The translations under genes were made by a program, and so were the position numbers. A stretch of 20,000 nt of DNA, taken from IMG/VR virus record IMGVR_UViG_2858553787_000001, one strand, 5' to 3'. Positions within the stretch are counted from its first letter, which is position 1. Each line of letters starts with the position of its first letter. The stretch is from an uncultured virus (IMG/VR IMGVR_UViG_2858553787_000001) (taxonomy: Duplodnaviria; Heunggongvirae; Uroviricota; Caudoviricetes). Below, piece by piece: positions 7,977-15,672 of this stretch. A model generated the notes under the pieces. That model was given only the letters and a program-made list of their open reading frames with translations, did no database searches and was not told where the DNA came from.

Positions 7977-9003
7977 ACAGTTCTCTCCTTTGCATGATCT
8001 GCCAGCCAATTCCTTCCAACGCAGTCGCACGGTCATAGGACTCCACATCCTGAGAGGCACGGGTGACCGCATTGGTCAGTCCATAAAGGGAAAGGTCTCC
8101 GCCCTCCACCAGATACTTGAAGATACCGTTCTGCTCGTCCTGCGTGATACCAAACTCCCTGCCAGTCAGTTCCACGACTTCCTGCACATTGCCCTTGATT
8201 GGGATACCGGCCGCTTCCTTCAGCTTATCGACTACCTGTGCAAAACGACTCTCCTCGATGGCTGCCATTGTGGTGTCGCGTAATTTCAGCATAAAGGCCT
8301 TATCCTCTGCCTCCAAAGTTTCATCCGAGTACAGCGTGAAATCTTCTGCCATCTTTGCCTGCCGGCCGACATGGTTCCTGCGCTCCCCGAAATCGTTAAT
8401 AATAAGGCCATTGGTACAAACCAAGCGATATACCAGTGGCTGTACGGACACTGCACCAAGGCCGACTTCGGAATTGGAGATTATGACTCCTGCCTGTACG
8501 ATATCGCCTTTCCGGACTTCCATCTCCAGCCTCTTGTTCAAAATCTTCAGATACAGTCTGTTCTCTGTCACCTCACAGCTCTCCACGCTGTATCCGTCAT
8601 TGCCTGCAAACAGCGGCAGCACCGCAGAGGCGATCTCCATGTTGTCGATCCTTCTGTATCTTTCCGAGAGAAGTGCTCTCGCTACAGGACCAGTGCCGTA
8701 ATCCATCGACCGGATCATGTAATTGCTCTGTCTGGTATCCAGCCAGGCATTCGCATTCTCTGCCAGCAGTTCCGGCTTTTCTTTCTGCATCAGATCATAA
8801 TACTTTGCCGGGATCGCCAGCGTGGATGCCAACTGACGATGGAACAATTCCGTTGTGGAGAATATTTTCTCCTGCCCCATCTGAAAAGTCCGTCCATCCT
8901 TTTCCAGCTTCATGCTCTGCGCCGGAGCGATATAGTCTTTCTTTGCCTGGTTCTGCCGCTGAAGTTCCATCAGCACTTCCTGCAAACTTCTTCCTGCCTT
9001 CAT
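7969..9003 (-). CDS. DUF932-family phage/plasmid protein
   Basis: 344 aa with IPAKYYD, RALLSERYRRIDN, GVIISNSEVGLGAVSVQPLVYRLVCTNGLI and LYGLTNAVT motifs. Confidence 0.85.
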   Translation of the reverse strand: MKAGRSLQEVLMELQRQNQAKKDYIAPAQSMKLEKDGRTFQMGQEKIFSTTELFHRQLASTLAIPAKYYDLMQKEKPELLAENANAWLDTRQSNYMIRSMDYGTGPVARALLSERYRRIDNMEIASAVLPLFAGNDGYSVESCEVTENRLYLKILNKRLEMEVRKGDIVQAGVIISNSEVGLGAVSVQPLVYRLVCTNGLIINDFGERRNHVGRQAKMAEDFTLYSDETLEAEDKAFMLKLRDTTMAAIEESRFAQVVDKLKEAAGIPIKGNVQEVVELTGREFGITQDEQNGIFKYLVEGGDLSLYGLTNAVTRASQDVESYDRATALEGIGWQIMQRRELYV

Positions 9004-9004
9004 C

Positions 9005-9316
9005 TTATTTCTCCCTTCCGATCATCTTTACAATCAGGTTCAGTGTTTCCCGGATCGCTTTCCGGTCCATACGGGGCTTTTCCATCAGCCTGAGCACCTC
9101 CTCGGTCTCATCCCGGATGTTCAGGAGCACCTGCTTGTAGTGGTCGGTGATCTCATCATCCGTGATCTCCTCTGCATCGCTCTCCACACCTTCCAGATAC
9201 TCCTCCAGATACTGCCGGATGTCGGTCCCCATATAATCCTCGACCGCATCCATCACATCAAACACATTAAATGGGGTGAGCAGCTCACCGCCCTTGATTT
9301 CCAATACATGTGGCAT
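9005..9316 (-). CDS. Hypothetical acidic protein
   Basis: 103-aa ORF with SD GGAGG, stop 1 nt before the DUF932 start. Confidence 0.8.
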   Translation of the reverse strand: MPHVLEIKGGELLTPFNVFDVMDAVEDYMGTDIRQYLEEYLEGVESDAEEITDDEITDHYKQVLLNIRDETEEVLRLMEKPRMDRKAIRETLNLIVKMIGREK

Positions 9317-9369
9317 AATTTTCCCTCCAGAATTTATGTACTTCTGCCGTGTCCCGGCAGAAAAAGGTT

Positions 9370-9400
9370 AAAAGAAAAGAGGGGCAGCGGACCGCCCCTC
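9370..9400 (-). terminator. Intrinsic terminator after the SSB gene
   Basis: Minus strand GAGGGGCGG-TCCG-CTGCCCCTC followed by TTTTCTTTT. Confidence 0.75.
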
Positions 9401-9406
9401 CCATCA

Positions 9407-9973
9407 TCAGCTGAGGAAATCGTCGTCCTCTTCCGTTGCAAAGTCATCCTCTGCACTTGCCTTGCCGCCCAGATGCTCACCATCGGCGATCTTCTGCAGG
9501 TTGTTCAGCGAACACGCGATGCCCTTGTTGCCAGAGCTGTTGAACGCATAGAACGAGATGGATGCACGGCCATACACACCGGAATACACCTCGGAACGCT
9601 GCAGGATCGGCTGGCGGTCGGCATCCACGATGCCCGGAGCAGTCGTGTTGTTGGCGTTCAGGAAGTAATGCCCTGCATAGGACTCATCATCCGGCTTCTC
9701 CACATCGCCATCACGCAGCGGCGTCTTCAGCGCAGCCAGCGGAGGTACACTCTTGCCATTGCCCTTCAGCTTTGCCTCGCCTTCCTTATAGGCGGCTTCG
9801 ATTGCCTTCTTGATCTTCTCGACCGTCACCGTATCCTCTTTCGGGATCAGCAGGCACACGGAGTATTTCGCTGTGCCGCCGTTGATGCTCTTCGGCTCCC
9901 ACACATTTGCGTAGCTCCAGCGGGTCTTCGGACCAGTGATCACCTTCATCGGATTTGTCATTTTGTTTGCCAT
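9407..9973 (-). CDS. DUF2815-family phage ssDNA-binding protein (T7 gp2.5-like)
   Basis: RWSYANVWEPKSINGG..KYSVCLLIPK, PLRDGD, EVYSGVYGRASI, GNKGIACSLNNLQK, with an acidic C-terminal tail (EEDDDFLS). Confidence 0.92.
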   Translation of the reverse strand: MANKMTNPMKVITGPKTRWSYANVWEPKSINGGTAKYSVCLLIPKEDTVTVEKIKKAIEAAYKEGEAKLKGNGKSVPPLAALKTPLRDGDVEKPDDESYAGHYFLNANNTTAPGIVDADRQPILQRSEVYSGVYGRASISFYAFNSSGNKGIACSLNNLQKIADGEHLGGKASAEDDFATEEDDDFLS

Positions 9974-9975
9974 GA

Positions 9976-11100
9976 TTAATTTTCCTCCTTGAAATCATCG
10001 TTTATCGTATTCATCTCAGGACGCTTATCATCCCTTGACACTAAGACAGGTTTTCCCTGGGGTTTTATAACCATTGCCCCCAGAATTTCTTCAAATTTCT
10101 TTTTGCCCATCATCTTCTGCATCTCAGTCACGCCCAGCACCCGTTTCTCATACGGATCATACCCAGCGGCAACCGCTGCTTCTGCGACAGACTTCTCGCT
10201 GGTGTACTTGCGGATGGAGCGGCCTTCCACCAGCTTATAGCCGTCCCACTTCTTACCGGCGACTGCTTCCTGTAGGGCATACTCTTTCACATCGTTTGCC
10301 CAGCGCAGGAGACCGTCTACCTTTTCCAGGATTTCCACGATCTCCTCATCCGAAAGCAGAGGCGGTGCGGCAAACTCATAGGCAGCCAGCTCCAGATTCT
10401 TCTTTGCCCGTTCCCGGCAGATATGACGCGCCTTGCAGAAACGGCACCAGTGGCCGGCATGGAACTCTCCGTTGCCCTCGTCCGCTTCCAACGCAGCCGG
10501 CTTCAGCACATGCTCCGCCCAGTCATACAGGTCGTCACGGGAAATGGAATCCACAGAGATGTTTGCCTTCCGGGGCTGGTAGATAGTCATCTGCACCGTG
10601 TCGATGTCGTACAGCGGGTCGAAGATTTCCAATGCGCCCAATGCATAAATGCGCATCTGGGTATTCCCGATCGCAGAAACTTCCACTCCAAGCCCGTACT
10701 TAAAATCGACTACATTCAGGACACCATCTGCGATGATGATGCAATCTGCTGTGCCGAAGCCGCCTTTGACAAAGCGTTCGTACTGGATCTTCTGCTCCAC
10801 CAGCACAACCACATCCTTTGTCCGCTGCCTTGCTTCCTCCACCAGTTCCATGACATAATCCCGGTAACCGTCTGCACACTCCTGCATTTCCGGATTATAA
10901 TAAGTAAGGTTCTCGACCGGGCAGGCCATCTTCTGCCCCAGAGCCTTCTTCAGCTCATACTCGCATACCTCATGGGCATCGGTGCCCTCCTGTGCAAAGC
11001 TGGTCGATACATCCGGCATATCGGCACAGAGCTTTGCACTCGGTGTGCAGTTTATCCAGCGTTCCGAGCTGGATGGTCCTTTTTCAGAATGCGCACTCAC
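9976..11100 (-). CDS. DUF2800-family PD-(D/E)xK (Cas4-like) phage nuclease
   Basis: HS..GPSSSERWINCTPS, EGTDAH, GFGTADCIII, VVDFKYG, QMRIYALGA, WCRFCKARHIC. Confidence 0.92.
   Translation of the reverse strand: MSAHSEKGPSSSERWINCTPSAKLCADMPDVSTSFAQEGTDAHEVCEYELKKALGQKMACPVENLTYYNPEMQECADGYRDYVMELVEEARQRTKDVVVLVEQKIQYERFVKGGFGTADCIIIADGVLNVVDFKYGLGVEVSAIGNTQMRIYALGALEIFDPLYDIDTVQMTIYQPRKANISVDSISRDDLYDWAEHVLKPAALEADEGNGEFHAGHWCRFCKARHICRERAKKNLELAAYEFAAPPLLSDEEIVEILEKVDGLLRWANDVKEYALQEAVAGKKWDGYKLVEGRSIRKYTSEKSVAEAAVAAGYDPYEKRVLGVTEMQKMMGKKKFEEILGAMVIKPQGKPVLVSRDDKRPEMNTINDDFKEEN
10045..10072 (-). promoter_or_regulatory. Repeated bipartite motif, copy inside the DUF2800 3' end, upstream of the SSB gene
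   Basis: Minus strand GGTTATAAAA-CCCCAGGG-AAAACCTGTC, same spacing as the other copies. Confidence 0.6.
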
Positions 11101-11438
11101 AGATTCTCTGCCTCCTCCATCAACACGGCGTAGTCCTCCGGCTTGATCTCGGAAAGGCGGTTTGCTCCGTGCTTGACCAGAAGCTCACGCACCTCTGCGG
11201 TCTTGCCGCCGGAAGAAAGGCTGGAGAGCTTCTTGCGGACATCTGCCATCGTGTACTTCTTCTCCGGTTTCTTTTCCTGCTTCGGCGGCTTTTTCTTCTC
11301 CTCGACCTCGAAAGGCACATCCACCTTTTCTTCCTTCTCGCTCTCCGCCGGGGTTTCCTCACCCGCCAGCTTCTTTAGATCCTCCGCCAGAACGGAATAA
11401 TCCTCAGCCAGCTTCAAAAGCAGTTCCTTACTCATCAT
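11097..11438 (-). CDS. Conserved phage hypothetical protein (usual neighbour of DUF2800)
   Basis: MMSKELLL...; C-terminal YTMADVRKKLS..GKTAEVRELLVKHGANRLSEIKPEDYAVLMEEAE. Start taken at the ATG overlapping the upstream gene end rather than the track start at 11540. Confidence 0.85.
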   Translation of the reverse strand: MMSKELLLKLAEDYSVLAEDLKKLAGEETPAESEKEEKVDVPFEVEEKKKPPKQEKKPEKKYTMADVRKKLSSLSSGGKTAEVRELLVKHGANRLSEIKPEDYAVLMEEAENL

Positions 11439-11706
11439 CCTCATCCTCCTCTTCGTCATCTTCCAGCAGGTCAAAAGCAGTACGGATGACACGGTCCACC
11501 GTACACTTTGGAATGCCCGGTTCCTGTTCGCACACCGCATCGATCAGAATCTTCAGATCCTTCTCGCGCTCTGCTTCCTGGTCTTCGCAAAGGCCAAACG
11601 CCTCAGCAAACTTGTCGATTGCATCCATGGCACACACCACATCATTGACAGCTGCACTCATGAGCTCCATTGCCTGCATCTTCACTTCGTACTCGTTCTT
11701 ACACAT
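11428..11706 (-). CDS. Hypothetical acidic protein
   Basis: 92-aa ORF with SD AAAGGAG, in operon orientation. Confidence 0.8.
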   Translation of the reverse strand: MCKNEYEVKMQAMELMSAAVNDVVCAMDAIDKFAEAFGLCEDQEAEREKDLKILIDAVCEQEPGIPKCTVDRVIRTAFDLLEDDEEEDEDDE

Positions 11707-11758
11707 ATTTTTTATCTCCTTTATTTGTTTTCCGGGGCTTTACCACCCCTTTCACATA

Positions 11759-11785
11759 GCCAGATTTTCAGGTGCTTTTATAACC
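11759..11785 (-). promoter_or_regulatory. Repeated bipartite motif copy
   Basis: Minus strand GGTTATAAAA-GCACCTG-AAAATCTGGC, followed by a GGGG/CCCC hairpin and an SD. Confidence 0.7.
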
Positions 11786-11792
11786 ATCGGCA

Positions 11793-12119
11793 TCAGACTT
11801 TTTTCATCGTGACCGGGATGTTTTTCTTCCGGGCATATTCCAGCTCCTGCTTCATACCATCCGAAAGTTCCGTACCAATCACCCACATCTCATCTGCCTC
11901 GTCCAGCCACAGGCTGCCGTAAGCCATACCGAGAAAACGCTCGAACAGCTCGTCATCATTGAGCATCTGGGTAAAATAGAGGTGTGGTGCAAGCGGCAGA
12001 TACCCGGCATCGATTGCAAGCCTGCAGGCTGTCTGTGCCTTTTCTACATTCCGCTTTCGCTCTGCCTCCGGGTTCTGTCCAGTCGGCCGATACGGTGAAC
12101 AGATATATACTTTTTTCAT
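11793..12119 (-). CDS. DUF4406 / nucleoside deoxyribosyltransferase-like protein
   Basis: KVYICSPYR, PLAPHLYFTQML, LDEADEMWVIG..LSDGMKQELEYA. Confidence 0.85.
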   Translation of the reverse strand: MKKVYICSPYRPTGQNPEAERKRNVEKAQTACRLAIDAGYLPLAPHLYFTQMLNDDELFERFLGMAYGSLWLDEADEMWVIGTELSDGMKQELEYARKKNIPVTMKKV

Positions 12120-12162
12120 CTGTGTAACTCCTTTCCGGGGGCTTGTTGCCCCCTTACACTTA

Positions 12163-12189
12163 GTCAGGTTTGAGGGTGAAATTATAACC
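12163..12189 (-). promoter_or_regulatory. Repeated bipartite motif, degenerate copy overlapping the sigma-gene stop
   Basis: Minus strand GGTTATAATT-TCACCCT-CAAACCTGAC, followed by a GGGGGC/GCCCCC hairpin and an SD. Confidence 0.55.
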
Positions 12190-12907
12190 CCATATCCTTA
12201 CGAAGATTTTTGAGTGCCGCATCCAGATGCTTATGGATCATCGGCTGGGAACAGTTCATCTTCTTTGCCATCTCTGCCTGTGTCTGATCCGGATCTTCAT
12301 AGAAAGCATGCTGGATCACTTCTCTCTGCTTATCTGTCAGCTTCTTTTTTGCTTCTTCCAGCTTTCTGCACAGCTCCTCTTCCCGTTCTTCTGCCTCCTG
12401 CACATCCGTGAAATCCGGTGTAATTGCTTTGTTTTCCCAGTCTGTACCATCGTTGCTCAGGCTGAAATCGCTGTGGCTCTGTTCGCGGCTGTCACTGTTG
12501 TGATCCAGCCGGTGTGTGCCAACAACATCCAGCGGCATTGCCCACGGGCCATTCATGTACTCCGTTTCCGGCACGATCACGATGAGGTGCTTCTGTCCGT
12601 CGCGGTCCGTCTTAACTCTGTGCTTGCATCCGGCCGTAACATTCAGACCGCCCTCATCGGCGTAAACACACGGGTATTCGATCTCCGTGCAGCGATCCAC
12701 TGCATAAACCGTGGCATGTCCACTGCGGCTGTAGATAAACAGGCCGTTCTTATAAATAATGAAGTGTGCGCCGGCCACATCGCCATCGAACACGATCTCC
12801 TCATCGGAGTTACGCAACTCCTTGGCAGTCGGGAGCTTTGCCAGTTCCTTTGTGCTGCCGACCAGTTTCTTCAGTTCCTTAAAAGTTGTCTTATTATTGA
12901 TTGTCAT
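12182..12907 (-). CDS. Sigma70 region-4 (ECF-like) HTH transcriptional regulator
   Basis: C-terminal LTDKQREVIQHAFY..QTQAEMAKKMNCSQPMIHKHLDAALKNLRK. ATG 12907 has SD AAAGGAG. Confidence 0.85.
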   Translation of the reverse strand: MTINNKTTFKELKKLVGSTKELAKLPTAKELRNSDEEIVFDGDVAGAHFIIYKNGLFIYSRSGHATVYAVDRCTEIEYPCVYADEGGLNVTAGCKHRVKTDRDGQKHLIVIVPETEYMNGPWAMPLDVVGTHRLDHNSDSREQSHSDFSLSNDGTDWENKAITPDFTDVQEAEEREEELCRKLEEAKKKLTDKQREVIQHAFYEDPDQTQAEMAKKMNCSQPMIHKHLDAALKNLRKDMGL

Positions 12908-12910
12908 AAC

Positions 12911-12950
12911 GGAATCTCCTTTTTCGCTGAAGCGCGGCGAAGGAGATTCC
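12911..12950 (-). promoter_or_regulatory. Hairpin sequestering the SD of the sigma-like gene
   Basis: ggaatctcctt (12911-12921) / aaggagattcc (12940-12950): perfect 11-bp stem that includes the AAGGAG SD. Confidence 0.7.
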
Positions 12951-12953
12951 AAG

Positions 12954-12990
12954 AAAAAACGGACTAGGTAGAGACTTTACCCAATCCGTC
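12954..12990 (-). terminator. Intrinsic terminator/attenuator in the leader of the sigma-like gene
   Basis: Minus strand ACGGATTGGGTA-loop-TACCTAGTCCGT followed by a T run. Confidence 0.7.
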
Positions 12991-12994
12991 CACG

Positions 12995-13122
12995 GAGCCT
13001 GTCTGATTGATGGCATGGCGAATTAAGGGTGGTCTCCACGGAGATGCTCGGATGGCTTGTCCATCTTTGCGTCTTCCGTATGAAAATCATCCTTCGCCAT
13101 TTGCGCTTTAAATTTCAGGCTC
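12995..13122 (-). ncRNA. Candidate structured leader RNA (long imperfect rod hairpin)
   Basis: Nested pairings gagcctg/caggctc, atggcgaa/ttcgccat, aagggtggt/atcatcctt, acggagatgc/gcgtcttccgt and gatgg/ccatc. Confidence 0.5.
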
Positions 13123-13261
13123 AGTTTATTTTGTTTTTCATCCAGCTTTCTTTGGGATGACTGGCTTGCCACCCACGGGCTTTCGCTGACTGCCCTCTAC
13201 TATGTACTTCTCCACTAAGGAGCTCTTGTTCTCTGCATCTGCTGCTCCTCCTTTCTAACCA

Positions 13262-13289
13262 GCCAGATTTTTGGGGTGGTTTTATAACC
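13262..13289 (-). promoter_or_regulatory. Repeated bipartite motif copy at the head of the replication module
   Basis: Minus strand GGTTATAAAA-CCACCCCA-AAAATCTGGC. Confidence 0.7.
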
Positions 13290-13487
13290 ATCTGGGAAAA
13301 AAGTTTTTTATTTTCCATATCTCCAGTTCTCTATGGCTCTGGTTTTTTATGGTAGGATATGATATGATAATTTCAGAAGTGTTTATATTGGTTTGTATGT
13401 GTTACACACCAATTTGCTTAGTGCTTGGGATCACTTCTTTTCTCTTTACAAGAATAATCTTGGTGTTCCTCTTGCTACGCTGCAAGT

Positions 13488-13511
13488 GTTAGCAGAGTTA
13501 GCAGAGTTAGC
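13488..13511 (+). repeat. 9-bp tandem repeat (gttagcaga x2.7) upstream of the plus-strand operon
   Basis: gttagcaga gttagcaga gttagc, ending 23 nt before ATG 13535. Confidence 0.8.
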
Positions 13512-13534
13512 CATTTTGAAAATTGAGGACAATC

Positions 13535-14440
13535 ATGGAAAAACAATATTCACCTTATCTCTGCGGTGGTGTGTTTTTCTTATTGCTGACAGAGGCAAAA
13601 GAAAAACCCGCTTCTCGCAGACAACTGCAAAGCGGGTTAAAAGACCGTGTTTCAAATAAAAATATACTTGAAGCACTTATTCAACTTATCGTACCATCCT
13701 TCCATCAGCCTTCAGTCGGAAAGACTTTTGGTGGCGATACATCAGACTATCGTGCATGTAAGGTTTCACACGGATTAAATCTCCCTTTTGATGACACCAC
13801 AGAAATTGATGGATTTGACAATCGGGTCAAATCACAATATCAAAGCGTGGTACACCAAATGGATACACTCGTTGACAATTTTCTGCATACTGAGTCCGAT
13901 GAGAGAATGCGTTGGCTTATCCAGGCAATTCTCTCTCTGCTTTCGGAAGATCACTCTGTCACTGATGGCACTCTTTTTTATCTTTCTGAATCTCCGATTT
14001 CTAAGAAAGAGCTTCTGGCCCTCGACCAATACTGCCTTTCTTCGCTTCTTCTTGCTGTATGGCACTATATTGTTGTGAATCGTCCAGATAATGAAAAGGG
14101 ACGTGCAACTTTTGAACAGTTTCACGAACGTGCAGATGAAGTAGGTGCCCGTTGGAAATTTATCAGTCCAATCGGAAAAACCTATCCGCGACAGATTACA
14201 TTTGATCTGTTCTCTGTTAAATCAGAGGAAATGCATGAAGAAAACAGCGGCAATTCTGCGAAGCATACTGACTATAGCGAACCGACTGTTGAAGTCTATG
14301 AGGCTCCTGTTACAAATCCGCTGACTGGTGAGCGTATCCTTGCACAGTTCCATGTTGAAGCAAAAGACGGCGGTATTGCAGCTGGCATCGTGTACGGTGG
14401 CATCAATATTGGAGATCGGAGGAAGAAAAACGATGAGTGA
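13535..14440 (+). CDS. Hypothetical protein with a C-terminal Gly-rich beta-motif
   Basis: 301 aa from ATG 13535 (SD GAGGA). N-terminal YLCGGVFFLLL helical domain, a polar linker, then QFHVEAKDGGIAAGIVYGGINI. Confidence 0.88.
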   Translation: MEKQYSPYLCGGVFFLLLTEAKEKPASRRQLQSGLKDRVSNKNILEALIQLIVPSFHQPSVGKTFGGDTSDYRACKVSHGLNLPFDDTTEIDGFDNRVKSQYQSVVHQMDTLVDNFLHTESDERMRWLIQAILSLLSEDHSVTDGTLFYLSESPISKKELLALDQYCLSSLLLAVWHYIVVNRPDNEKGRATFEQFHERADEVGARWKFISPIGKTYPRQITFDLFSVKSEEMHEENSGNSAKHTDYSEPTVEVYEAPVTNPLTGERILAQFHVEAKDGGIAAGIVYGGINIGDRRKKNDE

Positions 14441-14996
14441 CAATGAAATTGCAAAGCAATCACATGGTTTGCCATCCATCAATGTTCATGCCGATCATGA
14501 AGGTGTTGCCATAGGATATACAGATTCTGTAAACACAACCTTAAATGTGGTGCTGGTCGATGGGAAAAAGAGCCCCCTCAGTAAAGACTACTATGCTTTA
14601 TTGATGGGATATGACCCCTTTGAGAAAGACTATGTGCTGGTTTCAAAAGACCGCGCACTTACAGAATACATACAAAATGATGTCAAAACGAAGTTTAGTG
14701 ATTTGACCCCAGAGACGATTGCCGCTATCAAGGAAATTCCAGCTGTCATAAGCTGTGAAGCGGATGGCACCGAATCGCAGCAGGCCGTGTTCGCATTCAT
14801 TAAAGATATTCGGATTCAGGAAAACGGAATCAAAGTCTACTTTCAGAAGTATTTTCCGTTTCCTTATTCCGTTCTCCGCACTTACCAGCAGGAACTGGCA
14901 CTCCATCTGTTTGAATACACACGTACACATTGGACCATTAAAAATGTTGATTTGATTGAGGTTCTACAAGATGCCGGAGCCTTTCCGGGGAGGTAG
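14433..14996 (+). CDS. Hypothetical protein (paralog of the next gene) with an N-terminal beta-motif
   Basis: 187 aa from ATG 14433 (SD GGAGG, overlaps the upstream stop). SINVHADHEGVAIG at the N-terminus; EYTRTHWTIKNVDLIEVL at the C-terminus. Confidence 0.88.
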   Translation: MSDNEIAKQSHGLPSINVHADHEGVAIGYTDSVNTTLNVVLVDGKKSPLSKDYYALLMGYDPFEKDYVLVSKDRALTEYIQNDVKTKFSDLTPETIAAIKEIPAVISCEADGTESQQAVFAFIKDIRIQENGIKVYFQKYFPFPYSVLRTYQQELALHLFEYTRTHWTIKNVDLIEVLQDAGAFPGR

Positions 14997-15002
14997 CGAA
15001 AG

Positions 15003-15662
15003 ATGGCCGATAATTTAATTACTACCGATCACAACCTGCCAGTTCAGACATCTCAAATGACAGTAACTGCAAGCGGCAACGGTGTGGCCGCAGGCATTGT
15101 TCAGGGCGGCATCAATATACAGGAAGCGCATCTCGACCTTACAGCGCAACAAGCTCTAGCCCTGATTGCAAAAATGGCCGGGCCTAAAATGGAATCCCAT
15201 GCAGCAGAATGGGCGTTGCTCAACACTGACATTTTTAATGTGTTTGTTATTGAAAATGAGCGATACGACTGTGGAGCTTTTTGCATTGACCGGAAAACTG
15301 CACTGCAAAAAAACACCAGTGCCCGATACCGTGACCATTTTAAGCCATTGACTCCTGCGCTTATTTCGGAGCTTCTATCCATGCCTTGCCTGTTTGCCAG
15401 CCGTAATCAGAACTTCAAGACAGCCTTGCCATACTACCCTGCTTTCGTAGGGAAACTGACAGAAATCGTCTGTCAAGGAAAAATGATCAAATTTAAATTT
15501 ATTACATGCGGTCAATTTTACCAACAATTTATTAACGAAAACATCCATACATTTAGCCTTCTTTCTACCAGTGTCAGAAATCAGCTCGATGAAGAGCACT
15601 GGTGCATTCGACAGGGTAACCTGCTCCAGATTGCTGCAAATGTGGGAATCAAAATCAGATAA
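15003..15662 (+). CDS. Hypothetical protein (paralog of the previous gene) with an N-terminal beta-motif
   Basis: 219 aa, SD GGAGGT. QMTVTASGNGVAAGIVQGGINI at the N-terminus; QLDEEHWCIRQGNLLQI at the C-terminus. Confidence 0.88.
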   Translation: MADNLITTDHNLPVQTSQMTVTASGNGVAAGIVQGGINIQEAHLDLTAQQALALIAKMAGPKMESHAAEWALLNTDIFNVFVIENERYDCGAFCIDRKTALQKNTSARYRDHFKPLTPALISELLSMPCLFASRNQNFKTALPYYPAFVGKLTEIVCQGKMIKFKFITCGQFYQQFINENIHTFSLLSTSVRNQLDEEHWCIRQGNLLQIAANVGIKIR

Positions 15663-15672
15663 GGAGAATCCT

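Larger units (their letters stand above)
1..13300 (-). mobile_element. Prophage/phage-derived element replication module (boundaries not visible)
   Basis: Gene order sigma-DUF2800-DUF2815-PolA-antirepressor-VapE-VRR-NUC-SNF2. No integrase, att site or structural genes are seen in the window. Confidence 0.85.

Noticed and set aside
9976..11100. Cas4-like nuclease as evidence of CRISPR-Cas
   Set aside because: No repeat-spacer array or other cas genes are seen, and DUF2800 is a routine member of this phage replication module.
1573..12967. Long plus-strand ORFs (e.g. 3487-4326, 8371-9093, 9140-9979, 10423-11133, 12227-12967)
   Set aside because: They are antisense shadows of well-supported minus-strand genes with no recognisable motifs.
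13121..13318. 65-aa minus-strand ORF in the leader region
   Set aside because: It runs through the promoter-like motif and hairpins and has no motif. The SD-supported mini-ORF in another frame is the better candidate.
14328..14432. Track N-terminal extension of the 14328-14996 ORF (likewise 15571, 12952, 11540, 910)
   Set aside because: Downstream ATGs with good SDs and stop/start coupling are more plausible starts.
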